Positions 36,101 to 48,728 of a stretch of 64,000 bases of DNA are shown in pieces. The notes under the pieces are model-generated. The model saw only the letters and a list, made by a program, of their open reading frames with translations, had not been told where the DNA came from and did no database searches. Source of the stretch: Fimicolochytrium jonesii (lineage: Eukaryota); assembly GCF_025526975.1 (NCBI RefSeq), contig NW_026515704.1, positions 124,001 to 188,000 of the forward strand, given 5' to 3'. Within the stretch, counting starts at the first letter, position 1. Each line of letters begins with the position of its first letter. Made by a program: the position numbers and the translations under genes.

Positions 36101-39066
36101 ATGCACCCGACTGCCGGGTTGGATCTGTGGAAATTGTTGGAGTGGACGCAGGGCTTGGTGGTTGATCCGAATAATCCGGCGAATTTTGAGGTGTTTCGAT
36201 TGCAGAGGTTGTTGGGGGCTGCGGCGGCGGCGGGCAGTGGGGCGACGGGCGATGTGTTGGGGGGGTATGCGGCGAGGAAGTATTGTCGGTTGGCGATTCC
36301 GGGGTGGATGAGGATGGCGGCGTTTAGTGTTGCTGTGAGTATTGTCTATCCGTCACCGGGGAAGTCGAGAGGCATATCCCTCCCCTAGGGAGAAAAGAAA
36401 CGTTACTCACAGGCGAACGCATCTTCCCTCCAGAGAGACGAAGACTTCACCACCAAACGCCTAACCCTCCTCCAAAAACGCGCCCTCATCCGCCCCGAAA
36501 GCGACGAGTCTTCTCAATCCCTCATCGCCATCCCCCTGTTCGACCACGAAATCACCGATACGCTCCTGGACGAGTTTTCCCCCAAAGATGATCCGCTCCG
36601 ACTCTCCACATCCACACCGACACCCGCACCAACCACCCTCTCCCACCGCTCCTCCGCCATGTCCCTCCTCAGCCCCGCCGCCGACCCACCTCCACTCACC
36701 AGCGTCGAACAACCTTTCCTGCGGCGCTTACGGCGCCACCACCTTCTACGTAGCAGCTACAAGCCGCGCGCAAAAGGGCATGACGACTATATACGGGAGG
36801 TGAAGATGCCCCCGCGGCCGCAGACGACGTTCTTCATGATGGACTGGTTGCGGCCGCATAGACCGTTGAGGCCGGCAAGGGATGCGGTGAAGAGGGAGAG
36901 GGTTGAGGCGGTGCCGGAGGGGGGTTGTCGGATCTTGGTGCATGTCTTGAGGGGGGCGGGTTTGCCGGTGAGGAAGAGTGTGGGGAGGAGGGATGGGAAC
37001 GGGGGTGGTGAGGAGGGTGCTATGGTATGTATGGTGATTGTGATATATACCCGAATCAACGTACTACAGCAAGACAAAGCCCCTCTGATAGATCCATCAT
37101 CTCGCATCACACAGGTTGTCCGCCCATACGTGCGAATCGGATTTCAAGACAGCCAGGCACGCACGTCGACGGAGGAAGGCCCCAACCCGCAATGGAACGA
37201 CACGCTCACCGTGGACGTGACATTCGGGTCGGGCGGGTTGAGAGGGGCGTCTGCTCTGGACGTTGAAGCAGAGGACTTACGCATCGATGTGTTTGATGAG
37301 GTTGTTGTTGATATGACCGAGGTGGGATATCATCTTTCTCCCTTTCCTCCTTTGATGCTTATCTCCGCTTGAGCTCAGCCCCATGTTCGGCTGCGTGCTG
37401 TCTAAATCTCTCCAACGCAACAATGTAGGCAGAGCAAAGCGCAAACCTTACCTACGAACGCAAAGGCCGCGCCTGGCTCGGCAGCCTCCGCATTCCCTTC
37501 GCCACCCTCCGCTCCCAAACCCGCATAGCCGGCGAATTCCCCCTCCACGTCTCCCCCGCCCTCATCGCCTACGAGTACCCCACCACAACCACCTCCAGAA
37601 CCCCATCCAATCCCATCTCTTTCCTCCATCTCTTCATAACCCTCGACCCCCTCCTCGCCCCGCTCCCACAAGCCCCGCTCGACTTCCAGTCCTTGGAAGA
37701 CCCCGCGACCCTCCGCCGCACATCAAGTTTCATGCGCAGCTTACCCCGGCACGCACGACCACGGATGGCTTCTACGCCATTGAGTGTGAATACAGTCTCC
37801 GGGCACACGGCGCTCATCACCCGCTTCATCCGCCCACAGAAACCGCCCGCGGGCTTCGAAGCGGTAACCCCCGGCGCACTACTACGGTTCGTGTCGCTGA
37901 TCCCGCGGGTTGACGCGACGCTGATGTACGCGCACCCGATGTGGGCGACCTCGGACCAGATGTTGTCGGTGGGGGCTGGTGGGCCGGCGGAGCATGCGGT
38001 TCTGTTGTGTAACTATTTTGGGTGGTGTTTTGGGGAGGTGGTGGCGTTTCTTGTTTTGGGGAGGGATGTGGTTGGGAATAGCGCGGCATGGGTTTTGACG
38101 AGAGGTGGGGGTGCGGGGGCGGAACGGGTTGTGTTGTGGGATCCGGTGGAGGGGATGACGTGGAAGGTGGATGATACGAGGTGTGTGTTGAAGGAGATAG
38201 CTTTGGTGTTTGACCGGACGAATGTAAGGTTTATGAGCGCAGCGCCTTCTCTTCACCCACAGCTGTCTAACTTCTTGGTAATTCAGGTCTGGGCGAACGT
38301 GCAAACGTACTCCGACCCACCCCGCATGCGCTTCGACCTCATGATATCAGCCGACTGGCGCCCGCTCTTCGCCGCAGGGACAAGCGACGTCGGTTTCACC
38401 ACCTTTCAGGTAATACAACCCACAAACGCCTCATAATATTGCGAGAGTTTGTAGTAGTTTGCAAATCTCAGGTCTGTTGAAATCTCACATACGCTCTGGG
38501 CCCTTCTTCATACAGTCGGAAGCCCCATTATACAAGGCAATCGACACCAACCGCGCCTCAGAGATCCAGCTCCGAATCGAGCGAAGTCTGATCGACGGGA
38601 TAGAGAACTGGCGCGGCACCACCGTTACGCGGTGGAACAGGTGCGTCTTTTCTTCCAGTGCTCACAACCCCCACACCATCAGAGACAAATCCCCTCCTAA
38701 ACTAACTCGAATCTTCCACACAGACTCGCCTCCCGCACCCTCGCCACCGCCCTCCCCCTCCTCGAACACCACCTCCTCTCCCTCCCCCTCTCCCCGACCC
38801 TCCCCTCCTCCACCACTATACCACCCTCCCCGCTCGCTACCCTCCCCGACCTAACCCGCCTCCTCAACATCTACCGCCTCCGGGGCTCCCCTCTCTGGTT
38901 CCGGTACACCGACACCGCGACGATTGTGGACTTCATCCGGGGGATGGAAGTGCATGTGTGTGAAGATGATGGGGCGGAGTTTGCGTGTGCTGTGTGGTGT
39001 GGGGCGTATGAGGCGGGGGTTGTGGGAGTTTGGGTTTGGGTGGGGTGTTTGTTCAGGGGACGGTGA
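33120..39066 (+). CDS. CC2D2A: Coiled-coil and C2 domain protein 2A (ciliary transition-zone MKS module), multi-exon
   Basis: IEFRDHPLMTEEMALA, VDPNNPAN, LRPHRPLRPAR, C2 domain VRPYVRIGFQ...EGPNPQWNDTL, RFVSLIP, EHAVLLCNYF, VWANVQ, WRPLF, C-terminal GVWVWVG. Confidence 0.88.
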
Positions 39067-39893
39067 TGGGATGAAGGACATTTTTGGGTGGATGTAGAGG
39101 ACGCCTGGAAGGCTGTTACGTTGAAAGATTGTGAGATCCTTGAGCGCTCGTTGTTTGTACATAATTGTCAAAAGGAGGAGACGACCATGGCTCTGTTGCC
39201 GAAGAATCTCGAGCTCGAGGTGGGTTTTTGGAGGAAAGCGCGAAAACGCGTCAATGAAAAGTGATGACAGCGCAAACCGACAGCGCGTTGGATTGCGCAG
39301 CACGCGTTTCCTCCGCCAATCCGCTGTCATTCTCGCGTTTTCATCTCCTTCTTCCACCTCTGCCAGCCCCTCTGCGGAACATCGTTTTTCCGTTAAGTTA
39401 TTTCCAAATCCTATTCCTCCTAACACATACACTCGTCCCCACCACACCACTAAACAAAAGCATCCTCAAAGAAAAAAACAAAGAAAAGAAATCAAGGAAG
39501 AAAAAACCTCAAACGCCGGAACAAGAAGGAAAGAAGGCCGGAAGGAAAAGTCAAGAACGACCCAAAAGACAGCCACACACGTTCACACACTCAGGTTATA
39601 CTAATCGAGGGGATGGAGGAGGGATAACCGGGGGGGAGTAGGTACGCGTGGAAGGAAAGGTTTGTATCGCCGAGGAGTTTTGCAGGTCGGCGGCAGAGCG
39701 TGTGAAACCGAAACATTCAGACAAGCGGGGAAGAACGTACAGGGGAGGAAAATGACCGAGAAAAGATGTCGGCGGCCGAAAGTGGTTTGTCGAAACCGAG
39801 CCGGTCGTTCCTAGTTCGCGCCACGCATATTTTCCTATCGTGTACTCATATCCCTATCACGTCCATGTTTGCGTGGTTTCATCGTTCGAACCC

Positions 39894-42303
39894 TCACCGA
39901 CTCGAAGGCGGTCTGCTCGCCGGCGCCGCAAAGATATTCAGCGGCGAAACAGACGGCCTAACCGGTGACGGTTTCTTCATCGCGTTCGATAGTCCCGCAG
40001 GCGACAGCTTCCCAGTAGCGGCCGTGGTAGCGGTGCGGCCGGCATGGTGCAGCGGGGTGAGATAAATAGAGTTGAGACGGGCGGGTGATTTTCCTGCTGC
40101 TGATGTTGATGTAGGACCTGTTCGTGCTGTGGGGGCCGGTGAGCGGGTATAGAGGAAGCGAGGGCTGAGGCTGAGGGTTGCGTCGGTGCGGAAGGTGGGT
40201 GGGAGAGGGCTGGATTGGTCGCTGTGCTGGCTGTCGTTTAGGTTTGGATGGTTGAAAGTTGCGGGTGAGGCGGAGGAAATGTCGCTGGTCAGTGAAGGCG
40301 GATCGTCAAACTCGAGGTGGGTCCATTCGTCATAGGATGAGTCTATATTGAAATGGACCAGATAAGGATGAGCTTAGAGTCGCGGAGCCGAGCAAGACCG
40401 ACGGGTGAGAAAGCGCACCTGCATCGTTGAAAGTCTTAGCAACCTTCGCTGGTCGTGCGTATTGCCCCCGACGTGGGGATTTCAACGAATCCGCCAGATC
40501 CACTTTAATCCCAGGGTTAGACGTCCCCCTACTCTCACAGCGCTTCCCTTGCTTCTTGCAACACTCACAAGCGGCGGGCGGAGGAGTAGCTGCAACTGTC
40601 TTGCCACGCCCGCTTTCCGCCGACGACGCGCGTTTAGGCGCCGGTGTTCCAAAAATGGGCGCCGGTCTGCTGTTCTCCTTCTCGACCTCACCCGCACCCT
40701 CGTCTCCGCCGGCAAGACTCCTTCCGAGCGCCGTGCCCATTTCGCCAGCCTTCCGCTTCCGTGGCTTGACTTCTGCAGCCAACAAGGCGATTCCAGAAGA
40801 GTCCGACAGGCCGCCGAGACTGAGGACCGAGACTCTTCGCTGGCCATGCCGCCCCGCCGGGGTAAACGGAATGTCCAATGCAAACGAGTCAAAGTCTCCG
40901 CTGGTATCCATCCCGAAATCGTCTGCGGAAGCAGGCAACCCACCGAACGGTGGGTCAAAGACGATAGGTGACGAGGACAAGCAGTGTTCCTGGCTGGCGA
41001 GTTCCGACGACGGGCAGGTAAGATTTTTGTAGAAATCGTCGTCGTCGGAGATCGTGCGGGTGTAGAGGGAGGGCGTGGCGATGATGGACGTCGCTTCAGA
41101 GTCAAAGGACAGGTCTTTGTGCAGACCGATCCGCAGAGCTTCGTCAGAGTGTGTCGAGCCTCCAAACACATTCACGAAGCGCATCGGTGTTTCGCAGACA
41201 GGCAACGCCGATGTCGTCGCTGCGGGTTGAGGCGTCATGCGGCCCGCTGCCATTGCGGCGAGAAGGTATGGTTGCCCTGGACTCTGCATTCCAGTCCGTC
41301 GCTTATCAGAATCTTTCTGATGTTGCTTGGTGGCTGAAGACACCTCGCTTCCGTATCCAGAGATTGGCGAGAGGAGGCTTGAGAAGGCCATGGCGGGTAA
41401 GTAGGAAGCCGATGATGGTTTCCTTTTCAGTGGGGTTGCAAAGCCGAAATTATCGGACGGTACTTGTAGCTCCGAGGGTATATCAGCATCGGTGTATGTC
41501 GCGCTGGATACGACGCCCTCATGTGAGAACATCTCCATTAAATAAGGTGCAAAGTTCAATTTTGCTATGTTGACATAGGGGTTGGGCCGATGAGCGCTGG
41601 GATTTTGTGAGAATTCCTGCAATCGTTGAATCTGCGCGACGAAGGATGGGGATAGGTTAGCCGCTGCATCAGAGACTGTGTGCGTGCTGGGGCTGTGTTC
41701 TCGGAATTCCAACTTCCCAGCGAGCGACTGACTGACAGGATGACTCGTCTGAGTCGCCGCGGTGTCAATCGACGCGTCAAGGGGTCAACAAGTCCGTAAG
41801 TCCGCAGGCACGCGTCGCGCAAAACAATTTGAACCACTTCGAAGAAAAGACACCCTCGCATCCCGTCATTCCGCAAACACCCCCCCTAGGCCCCGAAGAT
41901 CTCTAGGCATCTTCGTCGGTTCAACGGACTTCCCCAACAAATATGAAAAGCTCATGGGAAGCCATCCCGCAGCATGATGCTACCGGTACCGAGACCCGTG
42001 TTGAAGTTTTCTGACTGCGGCCTCAGCTGAGTTGTCGGTGCCTCTCCGGAAATGCTCAGCAGCATTCCAACCCACAGAATTCCAGATGCCGAACAGCACA
42101 GCCCAAAAATGGCGGAACAAAAGCACATGGGAGCATTCCTCTCCGATGCATGCTTGCAAACGGGCCACGGGAGGCGGGGAGAACGGAGGGATAGGGGCAC
42201 GGAAGGGGGGGGGGAACGTGCAACTTACCAGCGACATATCGACCTCTGAGCAGTCGACCTCCGCTTCCCGAGAGTCGTTAACATGATCGTCGGTTGAGGC
42301 CAT
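39894..42303 (-). CDS. Ser/Pro/Thr-rich intrinsically disordered protein (multi-exon; 5' exons uncertain)
   Basis: 460-codon ORF 40330-41712, with an in-phase intron (about 40418-40343) leading to a last exon that ends at 39894; many TP/SP sites, KEN motif, KPRKRK. Confidence 0.6.
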
Positions 42304-44540
42304 TCTACTCTGTCCGAGAGATGCAGCCTTAGCGTCTCTCTTCGTTCAGAAGCACGAGAAGCGTTAAACCCCGCAATTCGCCGTGGTGGGAGAATGCCGA
42401 TGATGTCGGGTCACGGATCTTTTCTTGAGCAATCGAATCGGATGGGATGCGGAACAAGAAGGGTGCCGCTTCGTCTTGCTAAGGATCGTCCCTCGGTAGG
42501 TGCTTCGGGCAACAGTGCCGATGCTTGAGTGTCCACGATGAAGGGCTCGAAAGTCACAGCGTCATTCGGGGACGTCTGCGCTCTTGTGTGATATGAAGAC
42601 AGGAGCCGAGAGGGAGTGACGGTGAGGCGTCTTTGTGGAAGGGTGGTCTCTTGTTGACGTTGATAGTTGAGAGTGTGTTATGGGTATAGCCGAAGCTTGC
42701 TTGGTTGCAAATTGGAATTGCCGGAATGCACAAGGTTGGTGAAGGAGATGCTTTGAAACTCGCGTGCTGGGGAGTTTATCGTATTGTGGTGGGTGAGGTG
42801 CCTGCTTGACGACGGAATACGTTGAGGACAAAAGTGGACCAGCCTTTAGACCATTGCAATGCTCTTCGGCCCTCACCTACTGAGCGCAAGATGTTGAAGA
42901 TGCCTTGAGGGGTGCTGTGCCAGGATAAAATGCGAAAGGCAAATGCAGGACGGTGTTTCAAGTGAATTTGAAGTTCCTGCTCAGTGTTCACTGGAGAACG
43001 CTTTACGAGGGAGGGGATGATGGTTGCGGAGGGTTGCAAGAAAACGGGAAACGGTTGCGACCCTTCCTTCCTTTCTTTGTTTGCAGCACAGGGTCCTAAG
43101 GTCAAGTTCCACTTACTCCGGCAAGCTTATTATGCCCCCCGCCCCTTCCTCCTCGCTGACAGCAAGGCATGGGCATACGAGCTTATTTCAAGTTCGACTT
43201 ACTATGGGTAAGTCGAGTGCTGAAGCCCCCTTATGATATGATGTTTTGGCACAGCACGGCACAGCAAGGGTCCACGTTAGTATCGGGCCCCCATCGCATA
43301 AGGTATCTAAAAAAGTGTTTACCTCTCCGACGGGTCGTGCTGTTTTACGCGCTTTGAGTTGATGCGCATTAGTATGACTTGTGCCACGGGGAGCTCAAAT
43401 ATGCGAGCATGCGGTGGTTCTGGGAGCTGCCCAAATGCTGGGAGCTGCCCAAACGCCGAAGCATCATATCATAAAACCGGCGCTTACTTTACGTACGTAG
43501 CTGGGCTGCGTGGACCGATCTGCCGTCCTAGTTCAGGAATGATGTTATTATTATAGGGGCGCACCCATCCTGGCTCATTCAAACTTGATAGATCTGCGCT
43601 TGATTTGTGGTTCTTGTGGAAGGTTAGGCCTGGGGCGGCACTCCTCGGCGTTCTTCTTAATCAGATTGGTGCCCTTTTCTAATGATCGTGACTGCTTCCA
43701 AACACTGAAGGGCGAGCATGCGCCACTTGCAAGCCATTGCAAGCCACATTAACTTTTGAGCACGGCTCACGTGACTAGGAAGTTTGTAAAGCGCAGCGAG
43801 GAGCGTGAGATGGATAACCACACTTATTGCGAACGGCCATAAAGGACAGGCTAAAGCGCAGCGAAGAGGACAGACGCCCGGCGCCAGAAATATAAAAGCA
43901 ACCCGAGCGTCACTGCGGCCCGCCTCAACAGGTCTCGGACAAAACCCGGGGAAAAAAACTACCCCCTCAACCAATATCTATTCAACGCGATCTCTCGCAT
44001 TTTTGGGTCAAACATATACACTTTCGCTTACACCAGCTACCGTCGACGGTCGCCTTACTCTGTTTGAGCTCCCTGGCATACACTCTCTACGTCCGGGGTG
44101 TTTGCTGCTGATTCAATCACTGCACTTGGGTTCAGCGAGACAGAGATCATCACGAGACAGGATCGGAATCGAGAGGAGGATCTTGGACTGGTATCACGCA
44201 TAACGTCGTGCTCAATAGCGTCACCACACCTGCAGTGGAAGCAGAGACTATCACGCGTCGCACATTGCACTCTCGGATATTCCGTCCGAGACGATTGCGC
44301 GTCCGACCTTCGAAATGACGACCGGAATCGAAACCAGGAAGCGTAGTGTTTCAGAAATATCTGGCGACCATGAAGGGGATGTGAGGTGAGGACCGAAGCG
44401 GAAGAAGCTTGTCTGCATTCTCAACCTTATTAACGAGAACCGTTAAAAGGTATAACGAATGGACAGACGCTAAGCGACCGCGATCACAGGGTTCGGAAGA
44501 CAATCCGCAAGTTGAGAACAAAGTGCGTTCATCACAATCC

Positions 44541-46807
44541 ATGGACAGCTCTGAGTCGATATATGGGACGGGGATACCGAGCGACGCATATGACGGAACA
44601 AATTTTGATCAGCCTGTAGCGAATTATAACCAGCCGGACTCGAATCACGATCCGCTCATTTGGGCCAAGCTGGGCGCGCTGCATTCGCAGAATGCTACTG
44701 CAGGTTATGCGGAGGAAGCTTCGACGTTACATCCTGATCAGTTGAGATCGCAACCCCCGCCTGTGACGAATGGGCACGATCACAGTAACCACGAACCTTC
44801 TGTTAACCAGGTACATATACACCTTTCGATTTATTATGTGCGATTATCGTGTGGCGATGTCTGACTCATCCCAATTTCAGCCCGGCGTAAAATCGGAGGG
44901 AGTGAAATCAGAAGGAATCCCTGAGGATCCAAATCTCGTCCAGGAGCAGCTGAAATTTTGCGGAAACGTGTTAAAGATCGTAAAAAGACTGAAAGACGCT
45001 CCACCGTTCCTTCAACCTGTCGACCCGGTGCTGTTAGGGATTCCGAATTACCTGGACGTGATCAAAGATCCGATGGATCTATCGACAATCGAAACCAAGT
45101 TGCGCACTTCGCAGTACGCAACATATCGTGGCTTTGTGGACGACTTTAAGCTCATGGTCGAGAACTGCTATACGTTCAACGGGAGAGAGTCTCTGGTCTC
45201 GCAAAATGCGCTGAACCTGGAGAAGTCGTTCGATAAGCACATGGAGAAATTACCATTACAGGTAAGCGATAGGGCATCTTCCGCGTCTCTCTTCCCCCAT
45301 TCATGCAAAATTAACAAGGCTAGGTTCAGGTGAAATCAGAGAAACAGAAGAAACGCCCATCGACCGTAGATCCAGCGGCGCGATACTCCCTAAGCGGGCC
45401 CTCGGACACACGACCTAAACGAGAAATCCACGCGCCAGTAAAAGACATTAGCAGCAGCTCCCTAACCGGCGCAAAACTAAGCGACCCGGAACTCAAATTC
45501 TGCTCCGAAGTGCTAAAAGAACTGACCAAGAAAACGCACAACCCACACAACTGGCCCTTCCTCCAACCCGTCGACCCCATCGCCCTCAACATCCCGCACT
45601 ACCCAACCATCATCAAACACCCGATGGATCTCAGCACGATGCGCAAGAAACTGGATGGTGGGGAATACGCCTCCGCGGACGAGTTCGAGGCCGATATGAA
45701 GCTGATGCTGAATAACTGCTACACGTTCAATCCGCCGGGGACGGACGTGCATACCTCGGCGCAGCACCTGCATGAGGTGTTCAATAGGAAGTGGGCCGAG
45801 AAGGGGGCGGCGGTGGCGCAGGCCCCGAGATCGGATAAACGGCCGGCGGCGAAGGCGAAGGCGAAACGGCAGTCGGTGGCGCAGGTGCAGCATGAGCATG
45901 AGGGGGAGGAGTCTTCTGATGAGGAGGATGATGATAGTAAGTCCGGTTCGGATGGACACCGTTTGTCTCGTTGTGGTCAACAGGTTGACTGGCCTCCCTT
46001 TCGTCTCCCGCACAGACACCGCCAAGCAACTCTCCCTCCTCAACAACCAACTCCAAGCCATAACAGCCCAAATGGCCATCCTCCAAGAAAAACAATCCCG
46101 CAAAAACGCCAAAAAGAAAGCCTCCACATCCTCTCTTCCCACCACCACGTCCTCCACCGCCCCCAAAAAACAGAAATCCAAATCCCTCTCCGTCCCACCA
46201 CAAAAGAAGAACCCCAAGAAACCACCACGCCCACGCGCACCGAAGGGGAGCAAAGCAGAGGAAAATCTGCCTGCGATGACGTATGAGCAGAAAGAGGAGC
46301 TGAGCGTGCTGGTCGGCGAGCTGAGCGCGGATGAGATTGATATAGTGATGGGGATCATTAGGGCTGGGTCGGATTTGCCTGAGGTATGTATAAAAAAAAA
46401 TCGGTCCTCCTTTCTCTTTACAAGTGTCTGTGTGTTTTGTGTGTGTCGAATGATTTGACATTTTTTGTGACTCTTAGAGCGCAAACCTAGGAGGCGAAGT
46501 GGAACTGGACATTGAACTCCTGTCCAAATCGACCCTCTGGAAACTGTACAATTTCGTGACAAAGAAGAAAACGCCGACCAAGAAACAGACTCCTGCAGCC
46601 AAGGCGAGGCCGTTGACGAGTTCGAGTAGGCCTAGTAAGTTTTTGTGATGTTTTTTTTTGGGGGGGGGGGGGGGGGGGGGGGGGGGGATGGGGCGGGGGA
46701 TTTTGGCGGATGGTGATTAATAGAACTTTGTTTTTGTAGTGGGGTTGAGTAGAGCGAGCGATACGAGTGATGGGAGTGATGAGGGGAGTGAATCGGAGAG
46801 TGATTGA
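44541..46807 (+). CDS. BDF1: BET-family double bromodomain protein with ET domain and SEED-like tail
   Basis: APPFLQPVDP...PMDLSTIE...NCYTFN; WPFLQPVDP...NNCYTFNPPG; MTYEQKEELS...EVELDIELL; ends SDGSDEGSESESD. Confidence 0.93.
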
Positions 46808-47113
46808 GTCGGGTCCGAGTGCAGTCCGGATTTCGCACCGGCCGTACCCCTGGTACCCTTCATTGCGATGTATTGTCTTCCACCTGTATCCGCCCGCCCC
46901 ATTGAGAGCTTTTCAGCTTGCCTCGAATCGACGCATGGGGATTGGAGAGCGAGGGATCATTCTGAATGTGTAGTTATTGGTTGGGGCGTCGCTTTTTCTC
47001 CTGTATATGTATGTACATATACCATACCCCCCCCCATTTGGTTGCGACAATAGGAATGGATTGATGGCGCGCGTACTGAGACAACCGACCTGACGACTGT
47101 ATGTAACTTCTGT

Positions 47114-47505
47114 GACGTTGTGCCCACCAAGGAAAGGCTCAAATCAAACCATTGATATCGCGTATTGCACCACCGCCAGCATGCACATCCCTGCCGGACC
47201 TCCCAACTCGAGCCCTCATGCGCCTGCCATAATCATTCACCCCGAAACCGCAAACCGGCGAGAAAACGAACGAGCATTTTCTTAAATTATCCTCCACAAC
47301 CCCACATGGGACGTTGTGCCCACCAAGGAAAGGCTCAATCAAACCATTGATATCGGGTATTGCACCACCGCCAGCATGCACTTCCCTGTCGGACCTCACA
47401 ACTCGAACCCTCATGCGCCTCCCATAATCATTCACCCCGACCCGCAAACCGGCGAGAAAACGAACGAGCGTTTTCTTAAATTATCCTCCACAACCCCACA
47501 TGGGA
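47114..47505. repeat. 196-bp tandem duplication
   Basis: GACGTTGTGCCCACCAAGGAAAGGCTC...CCACAACCCCACATGGG at 47114 and 47310. Confidence 0.93.
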
Positions 47506-47622
47506 TCGTTATTGTTGTATGTACATCGAGCGAGAACCCCCCCCCCCGCAACGGTCCAGCGTGCCCCCCTCTCCTCCCAAAAAAGGTCCCCCGGCATACG
47601 GTGGTGCCGAGTCAATACCCCC

Positions 47623-48348
47623 TCAAATAGCCAACCCAAAAGCATTGACGATTGCGTACATCGTCTTTGACTCGTACTTGTACGTCGTGCTTCCTGGCAA
47701 TGAAATGGGTCGTTAAGTTGTTGCATCACATATGAGGTTATCAAAGCGTCAGGGGAGAGGCGAGGGATGGCCTTACCGTCGCTCGAATTATCCCAATAGC
47801 AGCTCGACGCCGCATGCAGACCCGCGCCGTTCTTCTGCATTATCGTGCACGTCACTAAAAACCCCAACCACATTCAATCCTCAATCCCTCCATTCCCCAC
47901 CGATATCCCCCAAAAATCGATATTGTGGTATACGAACCGATATACTTGAAAGGCTTGTTGAGCCCCGTCAACCGCTTCAAGCACTGCTCGACGATATTCG
48001 AGTTCCATTGCGCGACTTTCCCGTGGTGGTACGCCGCGTTTTGGAGAGTGGCTTCGATGGATTCTTTGATGGCGTTGTTGACTTCTTCGACTACGAATGC
48101 TTTCTGGGTGGGAGATTGGGGGTCGGTTAGAATGGTGAAGTGTGAATGGGAATGGGGGTTTCAGACACGCTTGGGAAAGATGGGGCGGATCGTCGACTCG
48201 AGGGGTGCCATCTCCATAGAGTTGCATATTGTAGCCGATGTCCTACCAGCGAACCATGCTACTCCGCCGAACCCCGAGAAGACTCCATACCCTTTCGCCA
48301 ACACAGTGAAAGGACACCCACCTCCTCCATCCCTTGAAAATCCTCCAT
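47623..48348 (-). CDS. DYNLT1: Dynein light chain Tctex-type 1 (4 exons)
   Basis: [26 protein letters not shown]...[57 protein letters not shown]. Confidence 0.93.
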
Positions 48349-48728
48349 GATGCCTAATCGTGTTTCGAAATGCCGTTCGTGTTTCTTCGAGGACGCTGCT
48401 GTGCCTGTAGTCGTGCGTGCGCGTAGAGCGTGGGCGTTGCGTTGCTTGGCAGGAAGACGTTAGGTGGGAGTTTGGAAGTGGGGGGATGGGAGAATCGCAG
48501 CCGTCGCTCGAAGTGAACTCCCAACGACGCGAAGGCTGTTACGTAAGCGCGCGAGACCATAAGATGGTGCAGAGTGCACGAGAAGCACACCACACGTTTC
48601 CCCAATTCGAGGGCACTCATAAGAATTTGTTCGATGGGAGTAAGTGCAAGATGGTATATGGAGATATGTACAAGATACAAAATTTGGGGGTGCAGGATTT
48701 ACTGTGACGTCTCGATGGGGAAAGGCGC

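Noticed and set aside
42304..44540. Possible RNA gene in the long intergenic region
   Set aside because: No tRNA cloverleaf, rRNA or convincing snoRNA boxes seen; only an 18-bp micro-duplication near 43420-43455
46651..46688. Poly-T/poly-G run in the last BDF1 intron (similar homopolymer runs at 14117 and 16280)
   Set aside because: Simple homopolymers whose length is unreliable in assemblies; best treated as extremes of the C/G skew
48440..48452. RFX X-box-like GTTGCTTGGCAGG upstream of DYNLT1
   Set aside because: Imperfect match, and no convincing counterpart found upstream of CC2D2A
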